DNA from: Enterococcus phage AllMyExes
Sequence record: PV544171.1
Strand: one strand, 5' to 3'
Length of the DNA: 64,000 nt
In this document: piece by piece, positions 8,330 through 17,151 of the stretch
How the letters are laid out: every line of letters starts with the position of its first letter
How positions within the stretch are numbered: the stretch's first letter is position 1
Program-made: the position numbers and the translations under genes
The notes under the pieces: generated by a model
Databases searched by the model: none
What the model saw: only the letters and a program-made list of their open reading frames with translations
Told to the model about the DNA's origin: nothing

Positions 8330-9046
8330 ATGCTAGCAAAAGAGGGACTAACAGATAAAGTAACAGATATAACAAATGATATAATGCATATATTGAAAGG
8401 AGAAATAAATAATATGGAATTAATTATGAATAATAAGAAACTAGATGAATTAACTAATAAGGTAGCTACTGATGAGGACTACGATATTTTTGTAGAGAAG
8501 ATGGGTAAGCTAGTTAAAGATTTGTATGAGAACTACCAGTTTTTACAACAAAACCCACCAGAAGGAGACTACACATCAGGTTATTTTTTAGGGTTCCAAG
8601 TAATCAGAGCAGAATACCCAGTTGAGTATGAGAATTTATTTAGATTAGCTGTAGATAAAAATTTAAATGAACTAGAGATAAACAAGAGATTTGTCGAAGC
8701 TGTTAAGGATGGTAAAGTTTTACCACTAGGTGAGGCTATCATTGATGAATTACAAACAGGGTGTAGCTCTATACTACAGGCACAAGAAGTACGTGTAAAT
8801 ATTGTATTTGGTACAAAAGAATATATGGCTAAGCAAGAAGAAGAGCGTAAAGAACGTCAAGCTAAGTTAGAAGAAGAACGAGAAAGAGCTATGGAAGTAC
8901 TAAAAACAAAAGATGACGTGCTTAACACATTAAGAGTAACTGAGGCTTTGGCTAATGAATTAACAGATGAAGTCGCAGAAAAATATGATTTAATGGAGCT
9001 AGTTAACAGTATGAGAGAGGGGCTGAAAGCTCATAATGGAAATTAA
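8330..9046 (+). CDS. hypothetical protein (coiled-coil C-terminus)
   Basis: 238-aa ORF. Confidence 0.45.
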   Translation: MLAKEGLTDKVTDITNDIMHILKGEINNMELIMNNKKLDELTNKVATDEDYDIFVEKMGKLVKDLYENYQFLQQNPPEGDYTSGYFLGFQVIRAEYPVEYENLFRLAVDKNLNELEINKRFVEAVKDGKVLPLGEAIIDELQTGCSSILQAQEVRVNIVFGTKEYMAKQEEERKERQAKLEEERERAMEVLKTKDDVLNTLRVTEALANELTDEVAEKYDLMELVNSMREGLKAHNGN

Positions 9047-9380
9047 AAATTCTTTGGGGAAAGCTCTTATAAAAAATTTAAGATTGCTTAAAGAAAAAAG
9101 AGATGCAATGCCCGATAACTTAGAATATACAAGTCAAGTTATGATTCCTGTGCCCTACTATCTAATAAAAAAAGGGGATAATGCAGTAGAATCATTCCTT
9201 ATGTGTGCGGGGATGATAAATAGGGATAAAGATTTAGGTCTGCCTATTTCTTTAGAGAAAGGTAAGCAACAAGTTAAGCTTAACAATGGAGAACTGACAA
9301 CTATTGTAGAATGTGTTGCTACTTACTCAGATAAAACTGATATTGACGGTGTAGAGAGATTCTTAGTTGAACATCTATAA
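9036..9380 (+). CDS. hypothetical protein
   Basis: 114-aa ORF overlapping the upstream stop. Confidence 0.45.
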   Translation: MEIKNSLGKALIKNLRLLKEKRDAMPDNLEYTSQVMIPVPYYLIKKGDNAVESFLMCAGMINRDKDLGLPISLEKGKQQVKLNNGELTTIVECVATYSDKTDIDGVERFLVEHL

Positions 9381-9390
9381 AAATTAAATT

Positions 9391-9448
9391 AACGAGTTCT
9401 ATTTTGTGCTATATTAGATATGCATGAAATAGAACTCGTTTCTTTTTT
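9391..9448 (+). terminator. terminator hairpin (14-bp stem) whose loop carries TGTGCTATATTA
   Basis: AACGAGTTCTATTT...AAATAGAACTCGTT followed by TCTTTTTT. Confidence 0.55.
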
Positions 9449-9473
9449 ATGACTAACTAAGGAGGTTTAATAG

Positions 9474-10343
9474 ATGGCAGGAGAAGTATTTAGTAGCTTG
9501 ATTACAAGTGTAAATCCTAACCCAATGAACGCAGGTAGCCGTAATGGTATCTCTATTGACCGTATTATTCTACATCATAATGCAACAACAAATAAAGATG
9601 TTGCTATGAACACGTGGCTATTAGGTGGTGGTGCAGGTACGTCTGCGCACTATGAAGTCACACCAACAGAAATTATAGGGTGTGTTGGTGAGCAGTATTC
9701 AGCATTCCATGCCGGAGGCACAGGTGGTATAGATGTCCCTAAGATTGCTAACCCTAACCAACGCTCAATCGGTATCGAAAATGTAAACTCGTCAGGAGCA
9801 CCTAACTGGGATGTAGACCCTAGAACAATTACAAATTGTGCCCGTTTAGTGGCAGATATTTGTAAACGTTATGGTATTCCATGTGACCGACAACACGTGT
9901 TAGGACATAACGAAGTAACTGCAACAGCATGTCCCGGAGGTATGGATGTAGACGAAGTTGTACGTCAAGCTCAACAATTTATGGTAGGGGGCTCTAACAA
10001 CGCAGTTAAACCAGAGCCAAGTAAACCTACACCAAGCAAACCAAGTAACAATAAAAATAAAGAAGGAGTGGCAACTATGTATTGTTTATACGAAAGACCT
10101 ATTAACTCAAAAACAGGAGTGTTAGAGTGGAATGGTGATGCATGGACAGTTATGTTTTGTAATGGAGTAAATTGTCGTAGAGTATCCCACCCAGATGAAA
10201 TGAAAGTAATTGAGGATATTTACAGAAAAAACAACGGAAAAGACATCCCGTTCTACAGCCAAAAAGAGTGGAATAAAAATGCACCATGGTATAACAGATT
10301 AGAGACAGTATGTCCAGTAATAGGTATTACTAAAAAATCTTAA
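9474..10343 (+). CDS. endolysin: N-acetylmuramoyl-L-alanine amidase (amidase_2/PGRP-like) with C-terminal cell-wall-binding region
   Basis: IILHHNAT, SAHY and GHNEVTATACPG match the Zn-binding His/His/Cys pattern of T7-lysozyme-type amidases. Confidence 0.7.
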   Translation: MAGEVFSSLITSVNPNPMNAGSRNGISIDRIILHHNATTNKDVAMNTWLLGGGAGTSAHYEVTPTEIIGCVGEQYSAFHAGGTGGIDVPKIANPNQRSIGIENVNSSGAPNWDVDPRTITNCARLVADICKRYGIPCDRQHVLGHNEVTATACPGGMDVDEVVRQAQQFMVGGSNNAVKPEPSKPTPSKPSNNKNKEGVATMYCLYERPINSKTGVLEWNGDAWTVMFCNGVNCRRVSHPDEMKVIEDIYRKNNGKDIPFYSQKEWNKNAPWYNRLETVCPVIGITKKS

Positions 10344-10353
10344 TACTAGATTT

Positions 10354-10380
10354 AAGACCATCTTAGGGTGGTCTTTTTTC
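10354..10380 (+). terminator. Rho-independent terminator after the endolysin gene
   Basis: AAGACCATCTTAGGGTGGTCTT followed by TTTTTC. Confidence 0.6.
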
Positions 10381-10509
10381 TTTCTTTGTAATATTCGTAA
10401 TAATATGTAATGGCTATGTAACCGCTTGTTATTTTGGCTGTAACAATTACATGTTATATTAGTTCTTGTAAGCAACACAAATAAAGAAAACATTGAGGAG
10501 AATTTTATT

Positions 10510-11148
10510 TTGAAGAAAACTAGTATTTTAGGTTTAAGTTTATTAAGTTTAGGTTTAGTAGTAGGTTTAGGAACCGAAGCTAAGGCAGAAGAAGTAACAG
10601 AGAATGGTAAGACATATTGGAAGGTAGAGTCAGGAGACACACTATCAGAAATTGGAGCTAAGTACAACTTAGATTTCACTAATATCCACAAAGTTAATAA
10701 AGGTGTTGTAGCTGACCCTAATGTTATTTTCGTAGGTGACAAATTGTTATTACCTTTAGATGAAAATGGCAAGCTAGTGGAACAAGTGAATACCACTGAA
10801 CCAGATATTGAAGTACAATATAACGAACCAGTAACACCTGAACAACCTGTAGTTGTAGAACAAGAAGTTGTAGAGCAACCTGTAGTTGTAGCAGAAGCCC
10901 CTGCCCCTGTAGTAGAGGTACCTGCTGACAGTAGCTCAGCAAAAGAGTGGATTGCACAACGTGAATCTAGTGGTTCTTATGATGCAACAAATGGTCAGTA
11001 TATTGGTCGTTACCAACTATCTGCCTCTTATTTAAATGGTGACTATTCACCTGCCAACCAAGAACGAGTAGCTGATGAGTATGTAGCAGGTCGCTATGGC
11101 TCATGGGAGAACGCAAAATCTTTCTGGTTAGCAAATGGTTGGTACTAA
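10510..11148 (+). CDS. secreted LysM-domain protein with Apf/SagA-like C-terminal domain (signal peptide present)
   Basis: N-terminus MKKTSILGLSLLSLGLVVGLGTEAKA is a Sec signal. YWKVESGDTLSEIGAKY...GDKLLLP is a LysM domain. A Pro/Val/Glu-rich linker follows. C-terminal WIAQRESSGSYDATNGQYIGRYQLSASYLNGDYSPANQERVADEYVAGRYGSWENAKSFWLANGWY resembles the conserved C-terminal domain of Lactobacillales aggregation-promoting-factor-type proteins. Confidence 0.6.
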   Translation: MKKTSILGLSLLSLGLVVGLGTEAKAEEVTENGKTYWKVESGDTLSEIGAKYNLDFTNIHKVNKGVVADPNVIFVGDKLLLPLDENGKLVEQVNTTEPDIEVQYNEPVTPEQPVVVEQEVVEQPVVVAEAPAPVVEVPADSSSAKEWIAQRESSGSYDATNGQYIGRYQLSASYLNGDYSPANQERVADEYVAGRYGSWENAKSFWLANGWY

Positions 11149-11163
11149 AATTAAATAGCAATA

Positions 11164-11194
11164 AAGACCTCTTTATTAAGGGGTCTTTTTTTTT
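11164..11194 (+). terminator. Rho-independent terminator
   Basis: AAAGACCTCTTTATTAAGGGGTCTTT followed by T9. Confidence 0.6.
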
Positions 11195-11195
11195 A

Positions 11196-11206
11196 TGCTA
11201 TATTAA
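11196..11206 (+). promoter_or_regulatory. TGCTATATTAA motif (candidate late promoter / extended -10 variant), copy 1
   Basis: Exact 11-mer. Five copies occur, all just upstream of structural genes. Confidence 0.45.
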
Positions 11207-11246
11207 TATATAGTAAATAGTAATATAAAATGGTTATGATTAGTTA

Positions 11247-11257
11247 TGTGGTATAAT
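11247..11257 (+). promoter_or_regulatory. extended -10 promoter TGTGGTATAAT
   Basis: Exact motif, 35 nt upstream of the 11292 ORF. Confidence 0.5.
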
Positions 11258-11291
11258 AGACTTATGTTAAAACCATTTAAGGAGGGGAAAC

Positions 11292-11636
11292 ATGGGTTAT
11301 ATTCAAGATGAGACATGGCAGATGGTTAAAAAAGTTGCTAAAAAGAATGGGTTTGTTGGTGACTGGATTTTAATTATCCACTCATACTATGAGTATGGTG
11401 GAAATCACGTCCAGATACATACAACAATAAACGGAGAAAGCTATAGAATTTTAAGATTGTTAGATAGCAGAGAGATACTTTTATTAGATAGAAAAGGTAA
11501 CCCTGTAATTTATGACTATGAAACAGTTAACGATGGTCAAAAAAGCTTCTTTTATAATGATATGGAAGAGAAAGAAATCGAAATACCTAATGGAAGATGC
11601 TTAAACGATAAGACAAGGATAAAAATTTATGTATAA
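11292..11636 (+). CDS. hypothetical protein
   Basis: 114-aa ORF with RBS AAGGAGGGGAAAC. Confidence 0.5.
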   Translation: MGYIQDETWQMVKKVAKKNGFVGDWILIIHSYYEYGGNHVQIHTTINGESYRILRLLDSREILLLDRKGNPVIYDYETVNDGQKSFFYNDMEEKEIEIPNGRCLNDKTRIKIYV

Positions 11637-11650
11637 GGTAGGTGTAACAG

Positions 11651-13372
11651 TTGCCAAAATGGTTAGATAAAGCACTGGGTATAGAAAAATCGTCCATAGA
11701 AGAAACTAGGAATATGGAAAATTATAAGATGCATTTAAGGGAAATAGACACCAATGTGGTCAATAACGAGCCGTACAGTATGGAAAGTATTGAAAAAGGT
11801 ATGAATGGTAAGACCACTGCATATATGCAACCAATTATTGGAGAGATGTCAGTAAACCCCGGGTATAAAACTAAACCGTCTATACGTAACTCTCAGGACT
11901 TACATAAGACACTTAAAAAGTTTGGTAATAACATAATATTAAATGCTATTATTAATACACGGTCAAACCAAGTATCGATGTATTGTAAGCCCGCAAGAAA
12001 TTCTGAGACAGGTGTTGGTTACGAGATACGTTTAAAAGATATTGAAGCAGAACCTACTTCACATGACATTGCTAATATTAAGCGTATTGAAAGTTTTTTA
12101 GAAAACACAGCACAATTTAGAGACCCTAACAGAGATAATTTTACAACTTTTTGTAAAAAACTTGTTCGGGCAACATACATGTATGACCAAGTAAACTTTG
12201 AAAAGGTATTTGATAAAGATGGTAACTTTATCAAATTTGATACTGTAGACCCAACTACAATTTTCTTAGCAACAAATGGTGAAGGGAAACTAATTAAAAA
12301 CGGTGAAAGATTTGTTCAGGTTGTTGATAACAGAATTGTTGCTAAATTTAATGAGAGAGAACTAGCATTCGCAGTACGTAACCCAAGAGCAGACATCGAA
12401 GTAGGTCAGTATGGTTACCCAGAGTTAGAAATTGCGTTGAAGCAGTTTATTGCCCATGAAAATACAGAGGTATTTAACGATAGATTCTTCTCACATGGAG
12501 GAACTACCAGAGGTATCTTACATGTAAAAACAGGGCAACAGCAGTCTCAACAAGCACTAGACATTTTCCGTAGAGAGTGGAGAAGCTCACTAGCAGGGAT
12601 AAATGGCTCATGGCAAATACCTGTAGTTTCAGCAGAAGATGTCAAATTCGTCAATATGACACCCTCTGCCAATGATATGCAATTTGAAAAATGGCTTAAC
12701 TACTTAATTAATGTTATATCTGCTTTATATGGAATTGACCCTGCAGAGATAAACTTCCCTAATAATGGTGGTGCAACAGGTTCTAAAGGAGGCTCCCTAA
12801 ATGAAGGAAACTCAAAAGAGAAAATGCAAGCTTCTCAGAATAAAGGGCTACAACCCCTTTTAAGATTTATAGAGGACACCGTTAACACATATATTGTTGC
12901 GGAATTTGGAGAAAAATACCAATTCCAATTTAGGGGAGGAGACCTAAGTGCTCAACTAGATAAGCTTAAAATAATTGAGCAAGAAGGTAAAGTATTCAGA
13001 ACAGTTAACGAGATAAGACATGATAAAGGTTTAGAACCAATTAAAGGCGGAGACGTTATACTAAATGGTGTTCACATACAAGCTATTGGGCAAGCGTTAC
13101 AAGAAGAACAGCTAGAATACCAAAGAAGCCAAGACCGCTTAAATAGACTATTAGAGCTATCTGGTGGAGATGTAGAACAACCAGAACCAGAAGAACCTAA
13201 AGACAGTCAAAATGATACAGATGTTTCATTTCAGGATGAACAACAAGGTTTAAATGGTAAGTCTAAGAAAGTTAATGGCAAGGTAGATGACAATGTTGGC
13301 AAGGACGGTCAGTTAAAATCGGAAGAAAACACCAACTCAACTAAGCATGGTACTGATGGTATAAAAAAATAA
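11651..13372 (+). CDS. portal protein
   Basis: 573 aa. Position between terminase and prohead protease. Long C-terminal charged tail typical of portals. TTG start. Confidence 0.65.
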   Translation: MPKWLDKALGIEKSSIEETRNMENYKMHLREIDTNVVNNEPYSMESIEKGMNGKTTAYMQPIIGEMSVNPGYKTKPSIRNSQDLHKTLKKFGNNIILNAIINTRSNQVSMYCKPARNSETGVGYEIRLKDIEAEPTSHDIANIKRIESFLENTAQFRDPNRDNFTTFCKKLVRATYMYDQVNFEKVFDKDGNFIKFDTVDPTTIFLATNGEGKLIKNGERFVQVVDNRIVAKFNERELAFAVRNPRADIEVGQYGYPELEIALKQFIAHENTEVFNDRFFSHGGTTRGILHVKTGQQQSQQALDIFRREWRSSLAGINGSWQIPVVSAEDVKFVNMTPSANDMQFEKWLNYLINVISALYGIDPAEINFPNNGGATGSKGGSLNEGNSKEKMQASQNKGLQPLLRFIEDTVNTYIVAEFGEKYQFQFRGGDLSAQLDKLKIIEQEGKVFRTVNEIRHDKGLEPIKGGDVILNGVHIQAIGQALQEEQLEYQRSQDRLNRLLELSGGDVEQPEPEEPKDSQNDTDVSFQDEQQGLNGKSKKVNGKVDDNVGKDGQLKSEENTNSTKHGTDGIKK

Positions 13373-13437
13373 TAAAAGATAATGGAGGGGGTTAGCTCCC
13401 CCTCAACTTTGTTTGTGTTACTAGATAGTACATGTTC

Positions 13438-13448
13438 TGCTATATTAA
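13438..13448 (+). promoter_or_regulatory. TGCTATATTAA motif, copy 2 (29 nt upstream of the prohead protease start)
   Basis: Exact 11-mer. Confidence 0.45.
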
Positions 13449-13466
13449 ATACAGTAAAACGTTTAG

Positions 13467-14273
13467 GTGGTGAAAAGCAAATTGTCAGAAGTTAGAGAAA
13501 AATATAGTATTTTCGTACCACTGGATATTGAAAATTCTATACAGAAGTCTGAATCTGTGAATGATGGTGAATGGTATGTGCAAGGATATGCAACTACCCC
13601 AGATTTAGATTTACAAGGAGATATTATTTTACCACAGGGCATTGATATTTCTTATTTTATTGAAAATGGTTGGATAAACTATGAGCATAAAAATGATGCT
13701 GAGTTTATTATAGGTGCCCCAACTAGCAATTGTTATGTTGATGTGGACAAAGGGTTATTCGTAGAGGCTAAGCTATTAAAGGATAACAAGTACGCACAGT
13801 CTATGTGGAAGCTAGCTAATACAATCCAGAAATCAGGAATATCTCGTCAGTTAGGTTTTTCTATTGAGGGTGCAGTAGTTAGTAGAAATGCACAAGATAA
13901 CAGAATCATAGAAGGTGTTAAAATACATAATGTTGCATTAACGACACATCCGGCTAACCCAAGAGCTACATGGGAGACACTAGTTAAATCTTGGACTACA
14001 GGATATGGTACAGCACCAGATGCACAAGTAGATGCAGGCGCACTTAGAAGAGAGATGTTTAAAGAGGACATTTCTAATTTGACGTATGCAGTAAGAACTA
14101 TTGCAGGGCTATATAGTAAAAAACCTGCAGAGAAAGAATTTATTTTACGTGAAGTAGCTAAGGATATAGAAGTAGACACTTCCGAAAATGAATTATCTAA
14201 ATTTATGTTACAATTAAGTAGAGGGATTTCCTTGAAAGAAGCAACAAACTTTATTGAAAGAAGAAAGGGGTAA
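13467..14273 (+). CDS. prohead maturation protease
   Basis: 268 aa. Position between portal and scaffold/capsid. C-terminal region shares a 21-aa motif with the capsid N-terminus. Confidence 0.6.
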   Translation: MVKSKLSEVREKYSIFVPLDIENSIQKSESVNDGEWYVQGYATTPDLDLQGDIILPQGIDISYFIENGWINYEHKNDAEFIIGAPTSNCYVDVDKGLFVEAKLLKDNKYAQSMWKLANTIQKSGISRQLGFSIEGAVVSRNAQDNRIIEGVKIHNVALTTHPANPRATWETLVKSWTTGYGTAPDAQVDAGALRREMFKEDISNLTYAVRTIAGLYSKKPAEKEFILREVAKDIEVDTSENELSKFMLQLSRGISLKEATNFIERRKG

Positions 14274-14279
14274 GAAATA

Positions 14280-15236
14280 GTGGCTAAAACATTGAACGAT
14301 ATTATAGAAGATTTTGATGCACAGTTAAATGAAAAAGTAAAACCTACTACAGATGAGGAAATTACAAAGTCTGTAGAAGAACCTACTGAACCAGAAAAAG
14401 TTGAAGAAGGTGCTGAGGTTGAGCCGGAAGAAAAGCCTAATGAATCTGAGGAAACTGCAGGCAATGACGGAGAAGAATCCGGAGTTACTGAAACAGTTGA
14501 AGCAGAACAGGAAGAGCCAGAAACTGTTGAAGAAGTAGCGGTTGAAGAGCCTGTCGAAGAATCAGCAGAAACTGTTGAAAAATCTGATAAAACTAAAGAA
14601 AATAAAGATGAAGAAGAAGAGGAGGAAGACGAAGAAGACGAAGACAAAAAGAAAGAAAAAGACAAGAAAGACAAAGATAAAAAAGACAAAGAAGATAAAG
14701 AAGACATCGAGAAGTCTACCGAAGTCGAACAAGTTATTAAATCTTCTGAAATCTTAGGGGCTATGGAAGCTATCTTTAAAAATATGTTAGGTCTAAGTGA
14801 AAAGTTAGACGAAATTCATAGAGAGTTTAAAGAAGCTAAAGAAGCTAAAGAAGCTAAAGAAAAAGACGAAGCTGAATCTGTTGAGAAATCTCTACTTGAC
14901 AACCCTGAAATTAAAACAGGAAAAGAGGACTCAGAAGGCAAGGCTGTTGGATTTGTTAATAAGTCTGTAGCAGTTGAGGAAGAGGTAGCTACCGAAGAAC
15001 CAACTGTAGATGTAGTTGTTGATGGTGAACAAGACACAGCAGAACCTGAAAAAGAAGTACCGTTCCGTGATAGAGTACAGGCTATTAGACCAGACTTTAT
15101 GGAAACATATAAACGTGTGTCTGTTAGCGGAGTAGCTCAACGTGGTGAATTAGAATCAGTTAGACACACTTGGGGAACTGCTAGAACAAATGAAGACCTA
15201 GCTAAAATTGAAGGGTTTATCAATAAATATAAATAA
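14280..15236 (+). CDS. scaffolding protein candidate (highly acidic; poly-E/D/K; KEAKEAKEAKE repeats)
   Basis: 318 aa, extremely acidic with low-complexity coiled coil. Sits between protease and major capsid gene. Confidence 0.5.
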   Translation: MAKTLNDIIEDFDAQLNEKVKPTTDEEITKSVEEPTEPEKVEEGAEVEPEEKPNESEETAGNDGEESGVTETVEAEQEEPETVEEVAVEEPVEESAETVEKSDKTKENKDEEEEEEDEEDEDKKKEKDKKDKDKKDKEDKEDIEKSTEVEQVIKSSEILGAMEAIFKNMLGLSEKLDEIHREFKEAKEAKEAKEKDEAESVEKSLLDNPEIKTGKEDSEGKAVGFVNKSVAVEEEVATEEPTVDVVVDGEQDTAEPEKEVPFRDRVQAIRPDFMETYKRVSVSGVAQRGELESVRHTWGTARTNEDLAKIEGFINKYK

Positions 15237-15269
15237 TTTTACTATATAGTGAACGATTTTTAATTGTAC

Positions 15270-15280
15270 TGCTATATTAA
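15270..15280 (+). promoter_or_regulatory. TGCTATATTAA motif, copy 3 (upstream of the major capsid gene)
   Basis: Exact 11-mer, followed by a 5'-UTR stem-loop at 15296-15340. Confidence 0.45.
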
Positions 15281-15376
15281 TAGCAGAAACAATAAAAGAC
15301 CTGACATTCCCTCCTGAACCTCCACAGGGTCAGGTCTTATATTGAGAGGAATATAAAGAAAGGTGATTTATACATA

Positions 15377-16777
15377 ATGACAGAGAAAAAGAATACAGAA
15401 CGACAATTAACTTCCGTACAGGAAGAAGTAATTAAAGGCTTCACTACAGGATATGGTATTACACCAGAATCTCAAACTGATGCCGCCGCTTTAAGACGAG
15501 AGTTCTTAGACGACCAAATCACAATGCTAACTTGGGCAGACGGAGACTTATCATTTTATCGTGACATCACTAAACGTCCGGCAACTTCAACTGTAGCTAA
15601 ATATGACGTATATCTAGCGCATGGACGTGTAGGTCATACTCGTTTTACTCGTGAAATCGGTGTAGCACCAATTTCAGACCCTAACTTACGTCAAAAAACA
15701 GTTAACATGAAATATGTTTCTGATACTAAAAATATGAGTATCGCAACAGGTTTAGTTAACAACATTGAAGACCCAATGCGTATCTTGACAGACGATGCTA
15801 TCTCAGTTGTTGCTAAAACAATTGAATGGGCTTCTTTCTACGGTGACTCTGACTTATCAGAAAACCCAGATGCAGGTTCAGGTTTAGAGTTCGATGGTTT
15901 AGCTAAACTAATTGACAAACATAATGTACTAGATGCTAAAGGTGCTAGCTTAACAGAAGCTTTACTTAACCAAGCATCGGTATTAGTTGGTAAAGGTTAT
16001 GGTACACCAACAGATGCTTATATGCCTATCGGTGTTCAAGCAGACTTCGTTAACCAACAATTAGACCGCCAAGTTCAAGTAATTAGCGACAACGGTCAAA
16101 ACGCTACAATGGGATTCAACGTTAAAGGTTTTAACTCTGCACGTGGTTTCATTCGTTTACATGGTTCAACTGTAATGGAATTAGAACAAATTTTAGATGA
16201 AAATAGTATGCAACTACCTAATGCTCCTCAAAAAGCAACTGTTAAAGCTACTTTAGAAGCAGGAACAAAAGGTAAATTCCGTGATGAAGATTTAACAATC
16301 GACACAGAATACAAAGTTGTAGTAGTATCTGACGATGCAGAATCTGCACCATCTGATGTTGCATCTGTAGTAATTGACGACAAGAAAAAACAAGTTAAAT
16401 TAGAAATCACTATTAATAACATGTATCAAGCTCGTCCACAATATGTTGCAATTTACCGTAAAGGTTTGGAAACAGGATTGTTCTACCAAATCGCTAGAGT
16501 ACCTGCAAGTAAAGCAGTTGACGGAGTTATCACATTTATCGATGTGAACGATGAAATTCCTGAAACAGCGGACGTATTCGTTGGGGAATTAACTCCATCA
16601 GTAGTTCACTTGTTCGAGTTACTACCAATGATGCGCTTACCATTAGCACAAGTTAATGCTTCTGTAACATTCGCAGTATTATGGTATGGAGCTTTAGCAT
16701 TACGTGCACCTAAGAAATGGGCTCGCATTAAGAACGTTAAATATATTGCAACAGGTAACGTATTTAACGAACGCTAA
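15377..16777 (+). CDS. major capsid protein (HK97-fold, SPO1/Twort-like type)
   Basis: 466 aa. Strong RBS AAAGGTG. Codon usage of a highly expressed gene. Position after protease and scaffold. Confidence 0.7.
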   Translation: MTEKKNTERQLTSVQEEVIKGFTTGYGITPESQTDAAALRREFLDDQITMLTWADGDLSFYRDITKRPATSTVAKYDVYLAHGRVGHTRFTREIGVAPISDPNLRQKTVNMKYVSDTKNMSIATGLVNNIEDPMRILTDDAISVVAKTIEWASFYGDSDLSENPDAGSGLEFDGLAKLIDKHNVLDAKGASLTEALLNQASVLVGKGYGTPTDAYMPIGVQADFVNQQLDRQVQVISDNGQNATMGFNVKGFNSARGFIRLHGSTVMELEQILDENSMQLPNAPQKATVKATLEAGTKGKFRDEDLTIDTEYKVVVVSDDAESAPSDVASVVIDDKKKQVKLEITINNMYQARPQYVAIYRKGLETGLFYQIARVPASKAVDGVITFIDVNDEIPETADVFVGELTPSVVHLFELLPMMRLPLAQVNASVTFAVLWYGALALRAPKKWARIKNVKYIATGNVFNER

Positions 16778-16811
16778 TCTTTAGAAGACTAAGCAAAATT
16801 GAATAAAAATG

Positions 16812-16847
16812 GAATAGGGGACGGTTAATACTGTTCCCTATTTTTAT
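16812..16847 (+). terminator. Rho-independent terminator after the major capsid gene
   Basis: AATAGGGGA...TTCCCTATT followed by TTTT. Confidence 0.6.
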
Positions 16848-16875
16848 TATAAAATACATGTATGGAGGAAATAAT

Positions 16876-17139
16876 ATGTTAAAATCAGAAATCTTAATAA
16901 ATAAAACAGTAACAACAGCTTTTGGTGAGGTAACATTTGACCATAATGGGGAAACCACAGACCTAACAGTAGAACAGCAAGAACATTTAGGGACTAAAGT
17001 TCCATATATACAATATATACCAGATGCACCTAAAGCTAAAGAAAAAGAAGCTACTGCAGAAAAAGCAGACGAGGCACCTAAAAAGGCTAAGAAAGCGCCT
17101 GCTAAGAAAACTACAAAATCTAAAAAAGAGGAAGACTAA
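16876..17139 (+). CDS. small protein with Lys/Ala-rich (AKKA-type) C-terminal tail; possible head decoration or DNA-condensing protein
   Basis: Start moved to the ATG with RBS GGAGGAAATAAT. C-terminus is KAKEKEATAEKADEAPKKAKKAPAKKTTKSKKEED. Confidence 0.45.
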   Translation: MLKSEILINKTVTTAFGEVTFDHNGETTDLTVEQQEHLGTKVPYIQYIPDAPKAKEKEATAEKADEAPKKAKKAPAKKTTKSKKEED

Positions 17140-17151
17140 GGAGGTATTTAT

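Noticed and set aside
13847-14707. 286-aa Ser-rich ORF on the minus strand
   Set aside because: It is antisense to the purine-rich acidic scaffold gene (GAA/GAT/AAA runs translate as Ser/Phe/Leu on the opposite strand). It has no RBS and is embedded in a rightward late operon.
14542-14757. 71-aa Lys-rich ORF on the plus strand in an alternative frame
   Set aside because: It lies inside the scaffold gene and is generated by AAG/AAA-rich low-complexity sequence. It has no independent start signal.
14826-14860. Tandem 9-nt repeats (AAAGAAGCT x3.5)
   Set aside because: They encode the KEAKEAKEAKE low-complexity stretch of the scaffold protein. They are not a CRISPR array or VNTR.
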